Part shown: piece after piece, positions 62,444 to 64,000 of the stretch | Layout of the letters: each line of letters begins with the position of its first letter | How positions within the stretch are numbered: position 1 is the stretch's first letter | From: an uncultured Acidobacteriota bacterium | Lineage (GTDB): Bacteria; Acidobacteriota; Thermoanaerobaculia; UBA5066; Gp7-AA6 | Length of the DNA: 64,000 bases | NCBI GenBank assembly: GCA_963764715.1 | Contig: CAVXTP010000022.1 | Location: 512,001-576,000, forward strand | Direction of reading: 5' to 3' | Translations under genes and position numbers: made by a program | The notes under the pieces: model-generated | The model's database searches: none | The model's input: the letters and a program-made list of their open reading frames with translations, nothing else | Told to the model about the DNA's origin: nothing

Positions 62444-64000
62444 ATGCGCCGACACCTGGCACGATTCGCGTTTTCTCTCCTTCTCGTATCCGGAGTCGCG
62501 GGCATCGCTCTGCGGGCGCAGGATCAGGACGCCGGGACCGACGAAGCCTCGGCGCGCGGCGACGGACTGCAGTGGCCCCGCGTCGTCGAAGCGGGCGACA
62601 CGACGTTCACGGTCTACCAGCCGCAGATCGACAAGTTCGAAGACGCAGTGCTCGAAGCTCGCGCCGCGGTGAAGGTCGACACGAAGGTCGGCGACAAGAC
62701 GCAGACGAGCTACGGCGTCGTCTGGATCACGGCGCACACCCAGATCGACAAGGAGAACGACCTCGTCGAGCTCTTCGACATCCAGCTCACGAAGGCGAAC
62801 TTCCCGACGGCCCCCGACAAGGCCGAGGAATATCTCGAAACCTTCCGAAAAAACACGGAGCCCACGCGCACGATCTCGCTCGAGCGCGTCGAGGCGAACC
62901 TCGGCGTGACGCAGGCCGATCGCAGGGGCAGCGCGGTGCCGCTCAAGAACGACCCCCCCGCGATCTACTACCGGAGCATTCCGGCCCTCCTCGTCCTGAT
63001 CGACGGCGATCCGGCCCTGCGGCCCGTGGAAGGCGCCGCCGGGCTTCAGCGCGTGGTCAACACGAAGACCCTCATCCTCGAGGCCGGCGGCACCTTTTAC
63101 ATGTCGCTCGCCGATCGCTGGCTCCAGGCGCCCGCGGCGACCGGGCCCTGGCAGCTCGCGGCGTCGGCCCCCGCCCCGGTCACGGCCGTGCGCGACGCCA
63201 TCGCGAAGGACGAGAACCAGACGCAGGTCGACCTCCTCCAAGACCCCGGCGAGGAGGTCAAGGCGGTCCTCGCCGAGGGCAAGATCCCCGAGATCATCGT
63301 CAGCACGGCGCCGGCCGAGCTCATCGTGACGAGCGGCAAGCCGCAGATGAAGCCGATCGCGGGGACGCAGCTTCTCTACGTCGAGAACACGACGGGCGAC
63401 ATCTTCATCGACCTGAAGGACCAGACCTATTACGTGACGCTGACGGGCCGCTGGTACCGCTCGAAGTCCCTCGAGAAGGGCCCCTGGCAGTTCGTCGAGG
63501 GCGACCACCTGCCCCCGGACTTCGCGAAGATCCCGGAGGGCGACCCGAAGGCGAGCGTCCTCGCCACCGTCCCCGGCACGCCCGCGGCCCAGGAGGCCGT
63601 GATCGCCAACAGCATTCCGCAGACGGCCGAGGTCAACCGCGAGGAGGCGAAGTACGAGGCGAAATACGACGGGGAGCCGAAGTTCGACGACGTGCCGGAC
63701 ACCCCGATCCAGTACGCCGTCAACTCCCCGACGCCGGTCGTGCGCGTCTCGCCGACGTCCTACTACTCGGTGCAGGGCGGCGTCTGGTTCACCGGCGGGT
63801 CGGCTTACGGGCCGTGGGAAGTGGCGACCGTCGTGCCGACGGTGATCTACACGATCCCGACCGCGAGCCCGATCCACTACGTCACCTACGTGCGCGTCTA
63901 CCGGTACACGCCGACGACCGTCTGGTTCGGTTACACGCCGGGCTACCTCGGCACCTGCTACGCGCCCTGGGGCACCGTCGTCTATGGCACGGGCTGGTAC
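62444..64000 (+). CDS. Large secreted hypothetical protein, 3' end runs off the window
   Basis: Manual translation MRRHLARFAFSLLLVSGVAGIALRAQ...WPRVVE...TVYQPQID...LPPDFAKIP...VPGTPAAQEAV. GGAGG RBS; frame open to the window end. Confidence 0.8.
   Translation, partial: MRRHLARFAFSLLLVSGVAGIALRAQDQDAGTDEASARGDGLQWPRVVEAGDTTFTVYQPQIDKFEDAVLEARAAVKVDTKVGDKTQTSYGVVWITAHTQIDKENDLVELFDIQLTKANFPTAPDKAEEYLETFRKNTEPTRTISLERVEANLGVTQADRRGSAVPLKNDPPAIYYRSIPALLVLIDGDPALRPVEGAAGLQRVVNTKTLILEAGGTFYMSLADRWLQAPAATGPWQLAASAPAPVTAVRDAIAKDENQTQVDLLQDPGEEVKAVLAEGKIPEIIVSTAPAELIVTSGKPQMKPIAGTQLLYVENTTGDIFIDLKDQTYYVTLTGRWYRSKSLEKGPWQFVEGDHLPPDFAKIPEGDPKASVLATVPGTPAAQEAVIANSIPQTAEVNREEAKYEAKYDGEPKFDDVPDTPIQYAVNSPTPVVRVSPTSYYSVQGGVWFTGGSAYGPWEVATVVPTVIYTIPTASPIHYVTYVRVYRYTPTTVWFGYTPGYLGTCYAPWGTVVYGTGWY

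Noticed and set aside
481-63877. Many long Arg/Pro/Ala-rich overlapping ORFs (e.g. 481-3030, 3777-5885, 29950-32196, 59767-62031, 62360-63877)
   Set aside because: Alternative-frame or antisense shadows of motif-supported genes, as expected in very GC-rich DNA.

Overview
This is a GC-rich, gene-dense bacterial chromosomal window. Gene style (Cys-rich SLH-like surface proteins, membrane Ser/Thr kinase, fused E1 alpha/beta) suggests Acidobacteriota, e.g. Thermoanaerobaculia-like, but that is inference only. The left part holds housekeeping genes: a fad beta-oxidation operon, an ECF sigma module, rtcB, tRNA-Arg(CCT), apt, acyP, pcm and 2-oxoacid dehydrogenase E1. The centre (about 19.5-49.4 kb) is an anaerobiosis supercluster. 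It contains a Crp/Fnr regulator, a DUF542-NnrS-like fusion, a radical SAM enzyme and a VKOR-DsbA fusion. It also contains a clade II N2O-reductase operon whose upstream module encodes a GltD/NfnB/DsrL-like NAD(P)H flavo-FeS oxidoreductase, a Rieske protein, cytochrome b and a pentaheme cytochrome c, followed by nosZ-B-D-F-L-hemerythrin-Y. Next to it is a class I benzoyl-CoA reductase pathway operon (oah-SDR-had-dch-bcrCBAD-GNAT), in which bcrC, bcrA and bcrD each carry a +1 frameshift as sequenced. Five copies of a variant Fnr box (ATGAY-N4-RTCAT) sit at nearly identical distances from -10-like elements and link these operons into one predicted regulon. The right part holds surE, pspC, queD and tRNA-Pro(GGG) with a 14-bp 3' duplication, then accessory genes (AraC, atypical M13 peptidase, CN-hydrolase, kinase, SLH protease). 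GTAG-type REP repeats and many leaderless-type promoters are visible. I found no CRISPR array, rRNA or transposase. All functional calls come from motif recognition by eye; no database search was run.
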